From Mucisphaera calidilacus (GTDB lineage Bacteria; Planctomycetota; Phycisphaerae; Phycisphaerales; Phycisphaeraceae): a stretch of 32,000 bases of DNA. The notes beneath the pieces were generated by a model, which saw nothing but the letters and a program-made list of their open reading frames with translations, was not told the DNA's origin and searched no databases. This document shows, one piece after another, positions 7,926 through 21,100 of this stretch. A program made the position numbers and the translations under genes. The stretch covers positions 1,260,001-1,292,000 of the forward strand of contig NZ_CP036280.1 in NCBI RefSeq assembly GCF_007748075.1, written 5' to 3'. The first letter of the stretch is position 1. Each line of letters starts with the position of its first letter.

Positions 7926-8270
7926 TTACGACTTCGTCGACTTCTCTTTCGTCGGCTTCTTCTCGGTCTTCGCCGTTGAATCGGTCTTCTTCGATTCTGA
8001 CTTGCTGTCGCTCTTGCTCTCGGACTTGGTTTCGGTTTTCGCTTTGCCCGCCTCGTCCGCCGCCTTGGCGTCCTTCTTGTACCCCTCCGAGCGATAGTCG
8101 GTCTCGTAGAAGCCCGAGCCTTTGAAGATGACGCCCGCGCCGGTGCCGATCAGCCGCTGGAGCTTGAGCTTCCCGCACGATGGGCACTTCTTCAGCGGGT
8201 TCGCGGTGATGGACTGGAACTCTTCAAACTCGTGCCCGCAGGCCGCACACTGGTAGTCATACGTCGGCAT
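7926..8270 (-). CDS. FmdB-family zinc-ribbon protein with a long Lys/Ser/Glu/Thr-rich tail
   Basis: MPTYDYQCAACGHEFEEFQSITANPLKKCPSCG shows the CxxC...CxxC pattern typical of the FmdB family. The last roughly 55 aa are low complexity (KAKTETKSESKSDSKSESKKTDSTAKTEKKPTKEKSTKS). Confidence 0.8.
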   Translation of the reverse strand: MPTYDYQCAACGHEFEEFQSITANPLKKCPSCGKLKLQRLIGTGAGVIFKGSGFYETDYRSEGYKKDAKAADEAGKAKTETKSESKSDSKSESKKTDSTAKTEKKPTKEKSTKS

Positions 8271-8283
8271 CGCCGGTCTCCTG

Positions 8284-8303
8284 AAAATAGCGCCCCGGAC
8301 GCT
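8284..8303 (-). terminator. small hairpin plus U-run immediately after the grpE stop
   Basis: Minus-strand RNA reads AGCGUCCGGGGCGCU (6 bp including one G-U pair, 3-nt loop) followed by AUUUUC. The AGGAG SD of the fmdB-like gene comes next. Confidence 0.4.
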
Positions 8304-8879
8304 TTATGCACTCACACTCACCTGCGCACCGCGGATCGTCTTGCCGCAGGCCGCGTAGCCGGGCTGGTACTGCTCGACCACGTGGTTGCTTTCGTACGCG
8401 TCGCTCGGCGTGCGCATCATCGCCTCGTGACGGGACGGGTCGAACGGGTCGCCCGGCTGCGCCTCGATCCGCTCCACGCCCATCGACGCCAGGGCCTTCA
8501 TGAACTCGTCCCGTACCAGCCCGACACCCGCGAGGATGTCCGACGACGAGGTCGTCTCCGCGTCCATATTCAGGGCGCGATCGAAGGTGTCCATGATGCC
8601 CACCAGCTTGCGCACCATGTCGAGGATCGCCTGCTCACGGGTCGTCTCGAGGTTGTTCGCCGAACGACGGACGTAGTTCTGATAGTCCGCCGCGGTCCGC
8701 AGGTACTTCGCCTCCAGCTCGTCGCGCTCGGCACGCAGCTGATCGAGCTCGTCCATCGCGGGATCCGCTTCGCCTTCACCCGTGTCGTCCACGCCCTCTT
8801 CAAAGGAAAGCGTGTCGTCCACCATCGCCTCGTCCTCAGGCGAGGGCATCTCGTCTCGATTGATGTCCTGCTCACTCAT
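8304..8879 (-). CDS. grpE: nucleotide exchange factor GrpE
   Basis: Acidic N-terminus, then the coiled-coil ELEAKYLRTAADYQNYVRRS and LDMVRKLVGIMDTFDRAL, with a C-terminal beta domain GYAACGKTIRGAQVSV. Confidence 0.95.
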   Translation of the reverse strand: MSEQDINRDEMPSPEDEAMVDDTLSFEEGVDDTGEGEADPAMDELDQLRAERDELEAKYLRTAADYQNYVRRSANNLETTREQAILDMVRKLVGIMDTFDRALNMDAETTSSSDILAGVGLVRDEFMKALASMGVERIEAQPGDPFDPSRHEAMMRTPSDAYESNHVVEQYQPGYAACGKTIRGAQVSVSA

Positions 8880-8894
8880 AACACACTCCGTGGA

Positions 8895-10031
8895 TCATTC
8901 ACCGGTCGTGCCGATGTACTGCTTCATCCGGTCCCAGAACCCCTTGGACTCGGGCAGCACCTCGAGGTCTTCCGTCTCGGCGTAGTCGCGCAGCACCTTC
9001 TGCTGCTTGCTCGTCAGCTTCTTGGGCACCTCGATCATCAGCACCACGATCAGGTCGCCCACCGGACCGCTCCGCAGGTCAGGCAGACCCGCGCCGCGGA
9101 GGCGGAGCGTCTCGCCGTGCTGCGTGCCCGGCTTGATCGTCGCCTTGTGTTCCTGCCCCAGACCCGGCACCGTGATCTCTGCGCCCAGTGTCATCTGGGC
9201 GAAGCTGACCGGCATACGCAGGATCAGGTGATCGCCGTCACGCTCGAACATCGGGTGCTTGGCCACCCGCACGACCACGTGCAGGTCGCCCCGCGGCCCG
9301 CCCTGCGTGCCCGGCTCGCCCTCGCCCGGCACGCGGATCGCCTGGCCGTCGTGGATGCCGGGAGGGATCCGGACCGACAACACGCGGTGCTTGGGCTGAC
9401 GCCCCGACCCGGCGCACGTCTCGCAGGGGTCCGAGATCACCTGCCCCGATCCCTTGCAGGTCGGGCAGGTTGTCGCGATGCGGAACATCCCCCCGAACCC
9501 CTGTTGCTGAACCTGACCCGCGCCTCGGCAGGTCGGGCAGGTCGTGGGTTTCGAGCCCGCCTTCATCCCGGTGCCCGAGCACGTCTCGCAGATGTCCTGA
9601 CGCGTAAACTCGACTTCTCGCTCGGTCCCGTTGGCCACGTCCTCGAGCGTGATCTCGACCTCGGTCTCGAGGTCGTATCCACGCCGAGCACGGCTCCCGC
9701 CGCGACCGCGCCGCCCGCCCCCCATCTGGCCGCCGAAGATGTCCTCGAAGATCGAGAAGATGTCGTCGGCACGCATCGAGCTGAAGTCGTGGCCGCTGGT
9801 GCCCCGCAGGCCCGCGTGACCGTACTGGTCATAGCGTTGGCGTTTCTGCGGGTCCGACAACACCTCGTACGCCTCCGCCGCCTCCTTGAAACGGACCTCG
9901 GCCTCGGCGTCATCCGGGTTGCGGTCCGGGTGATACTTCATCGCCAGCTTGCGGTACGAACGCTTGATCGCGTCGGCATCCGCCGTCTTGTCGACGCCCA
10001 GCACGCTGTAGTAATCACGATCCGTCGGCAT
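8895..10031 (-). CDS. dnaJ: molecular chaperone DnaJ (type I, with zinc-finger domain)
   Basis: J domain [33 protein letters not shown], a G-rich linker, and four CxxCxGxG motifs ([32 protein letters not shown]). Confidence 0.95.
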   Translation of the reverse strand: MPTDRDYYSVLGVDKTADADAIKRSYRKLAMKYHPDRNPDDAEAEVRFKEAAEAYEVLSDPQKRQRYDQYGHAGLRGTSGHDFSSMRADDIFSIFEDIFGGQMGGGRRGRGGSRARRGYDLETEVEITLEDVANGTEREVEFTRQDICETCSGTGMKAGSKPTTCPTCRGAGQVQQQGFGGMFRIATTCPTCKGSGQVISDPCETCAGSGRQPKHRVLSVRIPPGIHDGQAIRVPGEGEPGTQGGPRGDLHVVVRVAKHPMFERDGDHLILRMPVSFAQMTLGAEITVPGLGQEHKATIKPGTQHGETLRLRGAGLPDLRSGPVGDLIVVLMIEVPKKLTSKQQKVLRDYAETEDLEVLPESKGFWDRMKQYIGTTGE

Positions 10032-10054
10032 CAGGACCTCGGCTTCGCTGGCTG

Positions 10055-10085
10055 TAAAAGGACCCAGGGCGATCCCTGGGTCCTC
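10055..10085 (-). terminator. rho-independent terminator after groEL (copy 1)
   Basis: Perfect 11-bp stem AGGACCCAGGG/CCCTGGGTCCT (10059-10069 and 10074-10084) with a 4-nt loop, followed on the minus strand by a UUU(U)A run. It lies 31 nt after the groEL stop and 24 nt before the dnaJ ATG. Confidence 0.75.
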
Positions 10086-10115
10086 AAATCATCTCGTCCG
10101 TTGATCGGGACCGGC

Positions 10116-11729
<1,614 letters not shown>

Positions 11730-11811
11730 CGTCAATCGTCCTATCCTCAACCGGTCGCGGCCGGCCGAATGCTGGTTTCAAACTTGCGCGAATCACGCTA
11801 CGCCGGGGCGA

Positions 11812-12141
11812 TCAGCCCTCGACCACACCCAGGAGTTCACTCTCACGCATGATCTTGTACTCGGTGCCCTCGAGTTCAACCTCGGTGCCGCCATACTTGC
11901 CGTAGAGGACCTTGTCGCCGACCTTCACGGCCAGCGGCTCACGCGTCCCGTCGTCCTTGAGCTTGCCCGCGCCGACGGCCAGCACGATGCCGGACACCGG
12001 CTTCTCCTTCGCCGACTCCGGCAGGAAGATGCCGCTCGCGGTCTTCTCTTCGGCGAGCACCGGCTCAACCAGCACGCGGTCATCGATCGGGGTCACCTTG
12101 GTCTTCAGCTTGCTCTTGGTTGCAGTTGCCATTGTTTTCAT
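11812..12141 (-). CDS. groES: co-chaperonin GroES
   Basis: PIDDRVLVEPVLAEEKTASGIFLPESAKEKPVSGIVLAVGAG...GDKVLYGKYGGTEV is a typical GroES. There is an N-terminal Lys/Thr extension of about 12 aa. The second ATG (12132) has the better SD spacing (GAGAGG-10 nt). Confidence 0.95.
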   Translation of the reverse strand: MKTMATATKSKLKTKVTPIDDRVLVEPVLAEEKTASGIFLPESAKEKPVSGIVLAVGAGKLKDDGTREPLAVKVGDKVLYGKYGGTEVELEGTEYKIMRESELLGVVEG

Positions 12142-12194
12142 GCCTCTCTGGAGGGTTGTTTGTTTCGGTTCACTCGTTCACACAGCAGGGCGGT

Positions 12195-13901
<1,707 letters not shown>

Positions 13902-13982
13902 GGTTATGTCGCTCTCCAGCTAAGCTAGGTGTGCTAATGGAACGTCGTGAACCGCAGACGCACGCTCACGACATTGATGCAC

Positions 13983-13999
13983 ATGCAACACGCAGGCCA
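13983..13999 (-). promoter_or_regulatory. sigma-54-type -24/-12 promoter candidate upstream of groEL (GGM copy)
   Basis: The minus strand reads TGGCCTGcgtgTTGCAT, against the consensus TGGCACG-N4-TTGCW. The GG and GC dinucleotides are at the exact canonical spacing. It sits in the 268-nt intergenic region, in the correct orientation, about 82 nt upstream of ATG 13901. Confidence 0.4.
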
Positions 14000-14035
14000 C
14001 AACGACCCGGATGGCCACAGCTTCTGTAAGTGCCT

Positions 14036-14056
14036 ATACGTCAATGCGTAACGTAT
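14036..14056. promoter_or_regulatory. inverted repeat ATACGT-N9-ACGTAT upstream of the sigma-54-like element (possible activator site)
   Basis: Read directly: 6-bp perfect arms with a 9-nt spacer, ending 36 nt upstream of the TGGCCT element in gene orientation. Confidence 0.25.
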
Positions 14057-14106
14057 TCGCACGATGCGCCTCACGACCCGGCCGACACGCTGTCATCCAC
14101 ACGCCA

Positions 14107-14123
14107 ACTGTCACACTGACAGT
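14107..14123 (-). terminator. hairpin downstream of hrpA (7-bp stem ACTGTCA/TGACAGT, 3-nt loop), no clear U-tract
   Basis: Read directly, about 47 nt after the hrpA stop (14170). Confidence 0.3.
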
Positions 14124-14169
14124 CCCCCGACTGCCCGCATGACAGCCCCGTCCCGACTCGCCTTCAATC

Positions 14170-17100
14170 TCATCCCCGGACCCGCGCCCACTGCTCGTCC
14201 AGCTTTCTCTCCGACACACTCACCGCCGTCCCCAATTCCTGCGCGAACAGCATCACCCGCCACTCCTCGAGCATCCAGCGCATGTGCTCCAACTGCGGGT
14301 CGGAAATCCCCGCCGCACGATGCTCCCCGGCACGCTTGGCATACCGGTTCCACCGCGACGCAAAGACCGCCATCTGCTTCCGGTCGCGAGAGGCCTCGCC
14401 GCGTTCGAGCTTCTCAACGCGCAGCTCGATCGCCCGCAGGTAACGCGGGAACTGCGCCAGCCACGCCCAAGGCGTCCGCGCCAAAAACCCGGGATAGATC
14501 AGGAACCCGATCTGTCCCGCAAGGTCTGACGCCACCTGCCGAGACCGTGAACGCACGCGCTCCGCCGCCCCCTGCGCCGCTCGCCACGTCGACAGGATCG
14601 CCTCCACCCGTGACAGCACGTCACTCGTCACCCCCTCGATCCGGTTCCAGCCACGATCGAGCTTCGCCTCATAAACCCCGCGGTGCCGTATCACCACGCC
14701 CTCGTCGAGATACGCCCGTTCCACGATCCGATCCATCATCGCTCGCTCAAGTGTCCGCGCATCCCCCAGCGGGGCGTAATCCAGGCGCAGGCCCTCCATC
14801 CGCAGGTCGTGCCGCAGCCGATGCCGCAGCCCGCTCTCGACCTGCAACCCGATCAGCCGCACCAGCCCGCGCATCGTCTCTCGGTTCGCCTGATCCGGGT
14901 CCTGCACCAGCCGAAGGGCCACGCCCTGTCCCTCGTCACGCAGGACCGGGAAGGCACGAAGGGTCATCCCCCCGCGACGCACCTCCACCGACTCCGGCAG
15001 GTCCTCGAAATCCCAACGCGTGATGCCCACCCGCGGCCAAGGCGAATCGCCATCCGGCAGGATCTCCGAGTCGAGATCCAGTCCGATCTTCCGACGCACC
15101 GCGCCGAGGTCACGCGAGACCATCAGCGAATGCCGCTCCGCGTCCAGCACCTCGATCGCCATCCGCAGGTGGTCATCCACGCGCACCATGTCGATCCACG
15201 CCGCCTCGACCGGCACCTCGGCGATCTCCGAGAACGCCCGCGCCGCCGACTCCGCAAGGCTGCCCATTCCAAACCGCATCATCCCCGCCGCCTTGCGTGC
15301 GACCTCCGGCGCCGGCACCAGCCGACGCCTGGCCTCCTTGGGCAGGTTGCGGATCACGCCCTCCAGTTTCTCAGGCAGCAGCCCTTGCACGAGCCAGTCC
15401 ACACGGTGCGCATCGAGCTGCCCCACCGCCTCACGCGGCACCTCGACCGTCACGCCGTCGCGTTCATCCCCCGGTTCGAGTCGATACACCAGCGGCAGCG
15501 TGATCTTCCCGAAATGGATCTCGTCCGGGAACGCCTCGGGCGTCACCCACGCCGCGTCCTCCTTGAGCACGTCTTTCCGGCTCATCCGCATCGCGTTCGC
15601 GTTCCGCGAGCGCTCGCGCTTGAGCCATTCCCTCAGCGTCACCACGTCGAACACGCCCGCCGGCAGGGTGCGGTCGTAGTAGTCGTAGATCGCCTCTCGC
15701 TCCGCCATCAGGCCCCGGCGGCGCAGCTTTGCCTCCAGCGACTCGATCTCGCCGATCAGAGCCCGGTTCGCTGCGTACGCCTCGTCCTCGAGATCGACAT
15801 CGCCGTCCACCAGCGCGTGCGCGATGAACAGACGCCGACTCGTCTTTGGATCGACACGCCCGTAACGCACCCGACGCTTGGGCACGACCGGCAACCCAAA
15901 CAGCGTGACCTTCTCCTCTGCCATCACCGTCCCCGCCGCACGATCCCAGAGCGGCTCACGGTAGCTCCGCTTGATGAGGTTCTCCGCGATCGGCTCGATC
16001 CACCCCGGGTCGATCTGCGCCACCGTCCGCGCGAACCGCCGACTCGTCTCCACACGCTCCGCCGCCATGATCCACTTGGGCTTGCGCCGCGCCAGACCCG
16101 AGCCCGGCCAGATCACCAGTTTCTGCTGGCCCGACCCGATGTACTCGCGCTCGTCCTTGAGGTAGGCGATACCGCTGAGCAGCCCGGTCAGCAGGGAACG
16201 GTGAATCGCGTCGAAGTCCTCACGCCGCGCTCGCGGCTTCAGCCCGCACTCGATCGCCACCTCGCGCAGTTGCCGGTGTACTTCCGTCCACTCCCGCATC
16301 CGTGTCGCCGACAGGAAGTTCTGCGCACACGCCTTGCGCAGCTGATTCCGCGACAGCTTCCCCTTGAGATCGTGATAGAAGTCCCACAATTCCAAGTAGG
16401 CCATGAAGTCGCTGCGTTCGTCGCTGAAACGCTCGTGGGCCGCATCGGCCTCGCCCTGCTGCTCGGCAGGTCGTTCACGCGGGTCCGCCACTTCCAGTGC
16501 CGACGCGATCACCAGCACCTCGCTCAGCACGTTTTCCGACTCTGCCGCCAGCACCATCCGCGCGACACGCGGATCAACCGGCATCCGCGCCAGCTGACGC
16601 CCGATCTTCGTGAGGGTGCCATGGTCATCGATCGCCCCCAGCTCATAGAGCGTCTTGCGCCCGTCATTGACGCGTGACGGCCGAGGCTGCTCCAGCAGAG
16701 GCAACCGCTCGAGCGCACCCAGCCCCAGCCCCATCGACCGCAGGATCACCGCCGCCAGGTTCGTCCGCAGCATCTCAGGCGGCGTGAATGCGTCACGCCC
16801 CGCGTAATCCTCCTCGTCATACAGCCGGATGCAGACGCCCGGCCCCACACGACCGCACCGCCCCTTGCGCTGATCCGCAGACGCCCGCGACACCGGCTCG
16901 ATCGGCAGCCGCTGCACCCGTGCACGCGATGAGAAACGACTCACACGCGCCAGGCCCGTGTCGACGACATACCGGATCCCCGGCACCGTGATCGACGACT
17001 CCGCCACGTTCGTCGCCACCACGATCCGACGGCCCGGATGACCACGGAACACACGGTTCTGTTCCGTGCCGGTCAGACGCGCATAAAGCGGCAGGATCTC

Positions 17101-18081
17101 CACTCGATTCGATCGTGCCTTCTCGTAACGCCCGCGCAACATTTTCGAGACCTCACGCACGTCGCGCTCGGTCGCCACGAACACGAGCACGTCACCCGGC
17201 CCCTCGTGAAAGACCTCGTCAACGGCATCGAGCAGCGCTCGCCCCGGATCACCCTCCGGATTCGACTCGGTCGGCTCGACAGGGCGGTAACGCAGGTCCA
17301 CCGGGTAGGTCCTGCCCGCCACCTCCACGATCGGCGCCGGCTCGCCCCGGTGCGAGAAATGCTCCGCAAACCGCTGCGGATCGATCGTCGCCGACGTAAT
17401 GATAAGACGCAGGTCGCTCCGCTTGCTCTGGATCCGACGGATCGCCGCCATCAGAAAGTCGATGTTCAGCGACCGCTCGTGCGCCTCATCGATGATCAGC
17501 GTGTCATAGGCCAGCAGCATCGGGTCGCCCTGCAACTCCGCCAGCAGAACACCGTCGGTCATGACCTTTACCGTCGCGTCGGGCGACGTGACGTCCGTGA
17601 AACGGATCTTGTAGCCAACGTTCTTGCCCAGCGGGGTGCCCAACTCCTCGGCCACCCGCGCCGCCACCGAACGCGCCGCGATCCGCCTCGGCTGAGTGTG
17701 ACCGATCAGCCCGCAGGCACCACGCCCCGCCTCCATCGCGATCTTCGGCAGCTGCGTCGACTTGCCCGAACCCGTTTCGCCGCACACCACCACCGTCGGG
17801 TGTTCCCGGATCAGTTCTGCGATCTCCGCACGACGTTCCGCGATGGGCAGGTCATCCGGGTAACTCACGGCGGGCCGTGACGACAGCCGGCGCTCGTACA
17901 ACGCTTGCGCCGCACGCAGCCCCTCTTCCAGCCGTACTAGATTTCGATCAAACGGCTTGCCGTCGCGCTCAGCCTTCCGACAACGCCCCAGCAGCCCGCG
18001 CAGCCGGGAGCGATCCACGGCCAGAACACGCTCCAGCCGGGTCTCGAACGCCTGCCAGTCTGTCAACGCACGCTCCGCCAT
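14170..18081 (-). CDS. hrpA: ATP-dependent RNA helicase HrpA (DEAH-box)
   Basis: GETGSGKSTQLPK is motif I, IIDEAHERS the DEAH motif, and TSAT, TNVAESSITVPG and QRKGRCGR follow. The size (1,303 aa) is typical of HrpA and includes the long C-terminal extension. Confidence 0.95.
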   Translation of the reverse strand: MAERALTDWQAFETRLERVLAVDRSRLRGLLGRCRKAERDGKPFDRNLVRLEEGLRAAQALYERRLSSRPAVSYPDDLPIAERRAEIAELIREHPTVVVCGETGSGKSTQLPKIAMEAGRGACGLIGHTQPRRIAARSVAARVAEELGTPLGKNVGYKIRFTDVTSPDATVKVMTDGVLLAELQGDPMLLAYDTLIIDEAHERSLNIDFLMAAIRRIQSKRSDLRLIITSATIDPQRFAEHFSHRGEPAPIVEVAGRTYPVDLRYRPVEPTESNPEGDPGRALLDAVDEVFHEGPGDVLVFVATERDVREVSKMLRGRYEKARSNRVEILPLYARLTGTEQNRVFRGHPGRRIVVATNVAESSITVPGIRYVVDTGLARVSRFSSRARVQRLPIEPVSRASADQRKGRCGRVGPGVCIRLYDEEDYAGRDAFTPPEMLRTNLAAVILRSMGLGLGALERLPLLEQPRPSRVNDGRKTLYELGAIDDHGTLTKIGRQLARMPVDPRVARMVLAAESENVLSEVLVIASALEVADPRERPAEQQGEADAAHERFSDERSDFMAYLELWDFYHDLKGKLSRNQLRKACAQNFLSATRMREWTEVHRQLREVAIECGLKPRARREDFDAIHRSLLTGLLSGIAYLKDEREYIGSGQQKLVIWPGSGLARRKPKWIMAAERVETSRRFARTVAQIDPGWIEPIAENLIKRSYREPLWDRAAGTVMAEEKVTLFGLPVVPKRRVRYGRVDPKTSRRLFIAHALVDGDVDLEDEAYAANRALIGEIESLEAKLRRRGLMAEREAIYDYYDRTLPAGVFDVVTLREWLKRERSRNANAMRMSRKDVLKEDAAWVTPEAFPDEIHFGKITLPLVYRLEPGDERDGVTVEVPREAVGQLDAHRVDWLVQGLLPEKLEGVIRNLPKEARRRLVPAPEVARKAAGMMRFGMGSLAESAARAFSEIAEVPVEAAWIDMVRVDDHLRMAIEVLDAERHSLMVSRDLGAVRRKIGLDLDSEILPDGDSPWPRVGITRWDFEDLPESVEVRRGGMTLRAFPVLRDEGQGVALRLVQDPDQANRETMRGLVRLIGLQVESGLRHRLRHDLRMEGLRLDYAPLGDARTLERAMMDRIVERAYLDEGVVIRHRGVYEAKLDRGWNRIEGVTSDVLSRVEAILSTWRAAQGAAERVRSRSRQVASDLAGQIGFLIYPGFLARTPWAWLAQFPRYLRAIELRVEKLERGEASRDRKQMAVFASRWNRYAKRAGEHRAAGISDPQLEHMRWMLEEWRVMLFAQELGTAVSVSERKLDEQWARVRG

Positions 18082-18119
18082 TGGCTACGAAGCATAGAAG
18101 ATCACGTCGCCGGTGTTCT

Positions 18120-21100
18120 TTACGCCGTCACCGTGACGCTGTCGTACACCACGAAGCGGCTGCGGTTGTCAACCTCCGCAAGCTCGGGTTCCGTCGCCAG
18201 TTCCAGCTCGAAGCGGTACTCGTCCACTTCAAGCGTGTTGGCCAGGTGCACGATATTCATCTCCAGCGGCACCGACTCGCCGGGACGCAGCCCATCGACG
18301 CTCGCACTCGGCAGCACCACAAGCTCGGTCTCGTCCGCCAGGTCGTTCACATTGACGGCGTACAGCTTGACGTTCACCAACTGGTTCACGCCCAGGCGAC
18401 TCGTGCCGACATTTCGCACGAACAGGTTCAACGAACCCATCGGCGTTTCGTCGCCCGCGGCCGATCGTGAGAAGTTCTGCGGGAACGAGGTGTTGCCCTC
18501 GGTGAAGATGATGTCGAGGTCCGTCTGACCATCCGACAGGATGGTCGCACTGTTGACCACGGTCGCCTTGTTGTTCGTGGCTGGGCTTGGCATGAAGTCG
18601 GCGTAGGGGGCACCGGTCGCTTCACCCTCGATCTCGGCCGTCACGAAAATCCGGTAGTTACCTGTCGGCATACCCGCCGGCAGCCGCACCGCCATGTTGG
18701 CGTTCTTGCTCTTGCCCGAGGCCAGCCGCGAGACATTCAGGACCTGCGAGGTCGATCCGTTGGTCAGCGGCAGGGTGAAGACGAACTCGGGATTACCGCC
18801 CCCGCCGATCAGGCCCGCCGTCGCCGTAAGTGTCACCTTTGCCCCCGTTGCCAGGTCCATGCCAAGGTTCGTCACCGTCACCGGCAGGCGCAGCACGGCG
18901 TTCGAACCCGCCGTCAGGTTGTTCGGGAGGTTCACCGTCCCGTTGGCCGTGGCGGCGAGGTCGATATAGCCATTAGCGCTGTCTGGCGAGAAGACCACCA
19001 GACGCACCGGCTCGCCGTCCTGATCGTTCGCCGACGTGTTGTTCTCGGTACTCTCTTCCGCCAGCGTCGTCACAGGCGTGACCGTCGCCTGCAACTCCCA
19101 GACCGTGTCCAAACCCATGCCCTCGGGACGATCGATACGCACCACCTTGCGAAGGGACTGCCCCGATCGAAGACCGCTGACGCTCACGTTCTCAAGCGTC
19201 GCCACCACACGATCTGAGGCTACCGAGTTCTCGTCCGCCGGGGTGAACACCACCGTGATATCCACACGCTGGCCACGCGGCAACGCCAGGTCGCCCAGGT
19301 TCGTGATCACCACATGCGCCGTCCCCTTGATGGGGTCGAAACGCCCGAGCGCCGCCGGCAGGTTGACGCGATCCAGACTCACGCCAAGGTCCACCGTCCC
19401 GTTGGTGATGTCGACCGAGCCCGCGCCGACGTCGCTGTTCGAAGCCAACGCGTCCGCCGCCGTGCTTCCCGGCGTGCCGTCCCACTCCTCCACGTCGCCC
19501 CGGTCCGGAGCTACCGCCTCGTCCACGACGACCACGATCTGATACGCGCCGCTCGCCAGCGGGTTGTCGCCGTCGGCGGGCGTCACGCCCGGAGGTACCA
19601 GGACGTTGAGCATCACACGCTTGCTCCGATCGGCGCCGAGATTGCCGATGTTCACGAGCGTCTCTTCTGTCAGCCGAACCGCTCGGGGCAGCAGCACGTC
19701 CGTCGTGTTGTCGCCCGCGCCGAACGGCCGCGCGTAGACCTTGAACGAAGCCATCGTGCCCCGGACAACCGTGTCCGTCCCGCTGTTCGTGACCGTCACG
19801 GGAACACGCAGCGTCTGCCCGGCATCGATCTCCGCGGGGAGCCGCGAGGTGTCGACCTCGACACCCAGGTCCACGCGTCGGTTCACCACCTCCATCGTGA
19901 AGTCGTCCGCGTCGTTCGCAGCGTCCTCATCCTCGATGTCCTCGAACGCCGTGATCGTCGCCGTGATGGTCCAGTCCTGCGACGCCACGTCGTAATCAGC
20001 CGGCAGGCCCTCCGGCAGATTCACACGCACGTTGATGTTCCTCGCGATCCCGGGCCTCAGGTTGCCCACACGCACATTCTCCGCCGTACCCAGAACCACC
20101 GTCGTCCCGTCCGGCGCCTCCGCCGTCAGCTCGAGCGACACGCGGCTCGAACGCAGCGTCGCCACGTTGCCCGTGTTCTCGATGCTCACGATCACCACGC
20201 CACGCAGCGCATCGGACGACAGCACGCTGGCCGGCAGCGTCTCACGGGCGATGTCCGCCTCGAGGTCCACAAAACCTCGCGTCCCGACCGTAAGTGTGTC
20301 GCCCGCACCGTCAGGCGACAACGCGATGTTGTTGTCCTCGCCGTCACCAGCCAGATTGGCCTCATCCACAAGGTTGTTCGCGTCGACCACCGCCACCAGA
20401 CGGTAGTCACCCGTGTCCATTCCGGCAGGCAGGAGCGCCGTCACCATCATCCGCCTGGTCTGGCCGCCACGCAGCCCCGTGATCGTCACCGGAACCGCCT
20501 CGCCGTTGTTGACCGTCAACAGCACGTCCTGGCTGTCATCCACCGCACCGACCGGCCGGGCGTACATCTGCACAAAGACCTGGCGACTCACCTGCACCTG
20601 GCTGCCCACCGGCTGCCGGAATGAGAAAGGCGTCAGCGTCCCCGTGCCCAGCTGCGTGATCTCCAGCGGCACACGGATCCGCGTACCGTCACCCGACGTC
20701 AGGCCGTCATAACGATCCAGCGAGAGGTTGCTGCCGAAGTCAATCCCCAGGTCCACCGTCGGCCCGGTGATCTCGACGGTGCCCGTCGACGCGTTCGCAT
20801 CAGGCCGACGCGCCACGTTATTCGACTCGTCCGCCTCGGCCACCACGTCCCCGCCGTCGATGAGCGCCACGACGTCATAACGCCCGACGCCCGCCGTGCC
20901 CGGGACCTGCAGGGCCACGTTGTTCAGGTCAAGGGTCCCGCCCGAGGCCAGACCGCTTACGTCCACGAACACCGTCTTGAGCACCACGTCGTTGAAGTCC
21001 GTCACCGCGTCCACGGGACGCAACGCGAACGTCACCGCGATCGGGTCCGTGCTGGGCGCCACCGACGTTGCGCCCGCGTTCGTCAGCTCAAGCGACACAC

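Noticed and set aside
13911-13937. CIRCE-like element (HrcA operator) just upstream of groEL: TTAGCACAC...
   Set aside because: Only the left half-site (TTAGCACAC versus TTAGCACTC) is present. The sequence 9 nt downstream (CTGGAGAGC) does not match GAGTGCTAA. It is therefore not an intact inverted repeat, and at most a relic.
14064-16677. + strand ORFs 14064..15023 (319 aa) and 14683..16677 (664 aa) opposite hrpA
   Set aside because: Pro/Arg/His-rich low-complexity translations antisense to a complete DEAH helicase. Not credible as genes.
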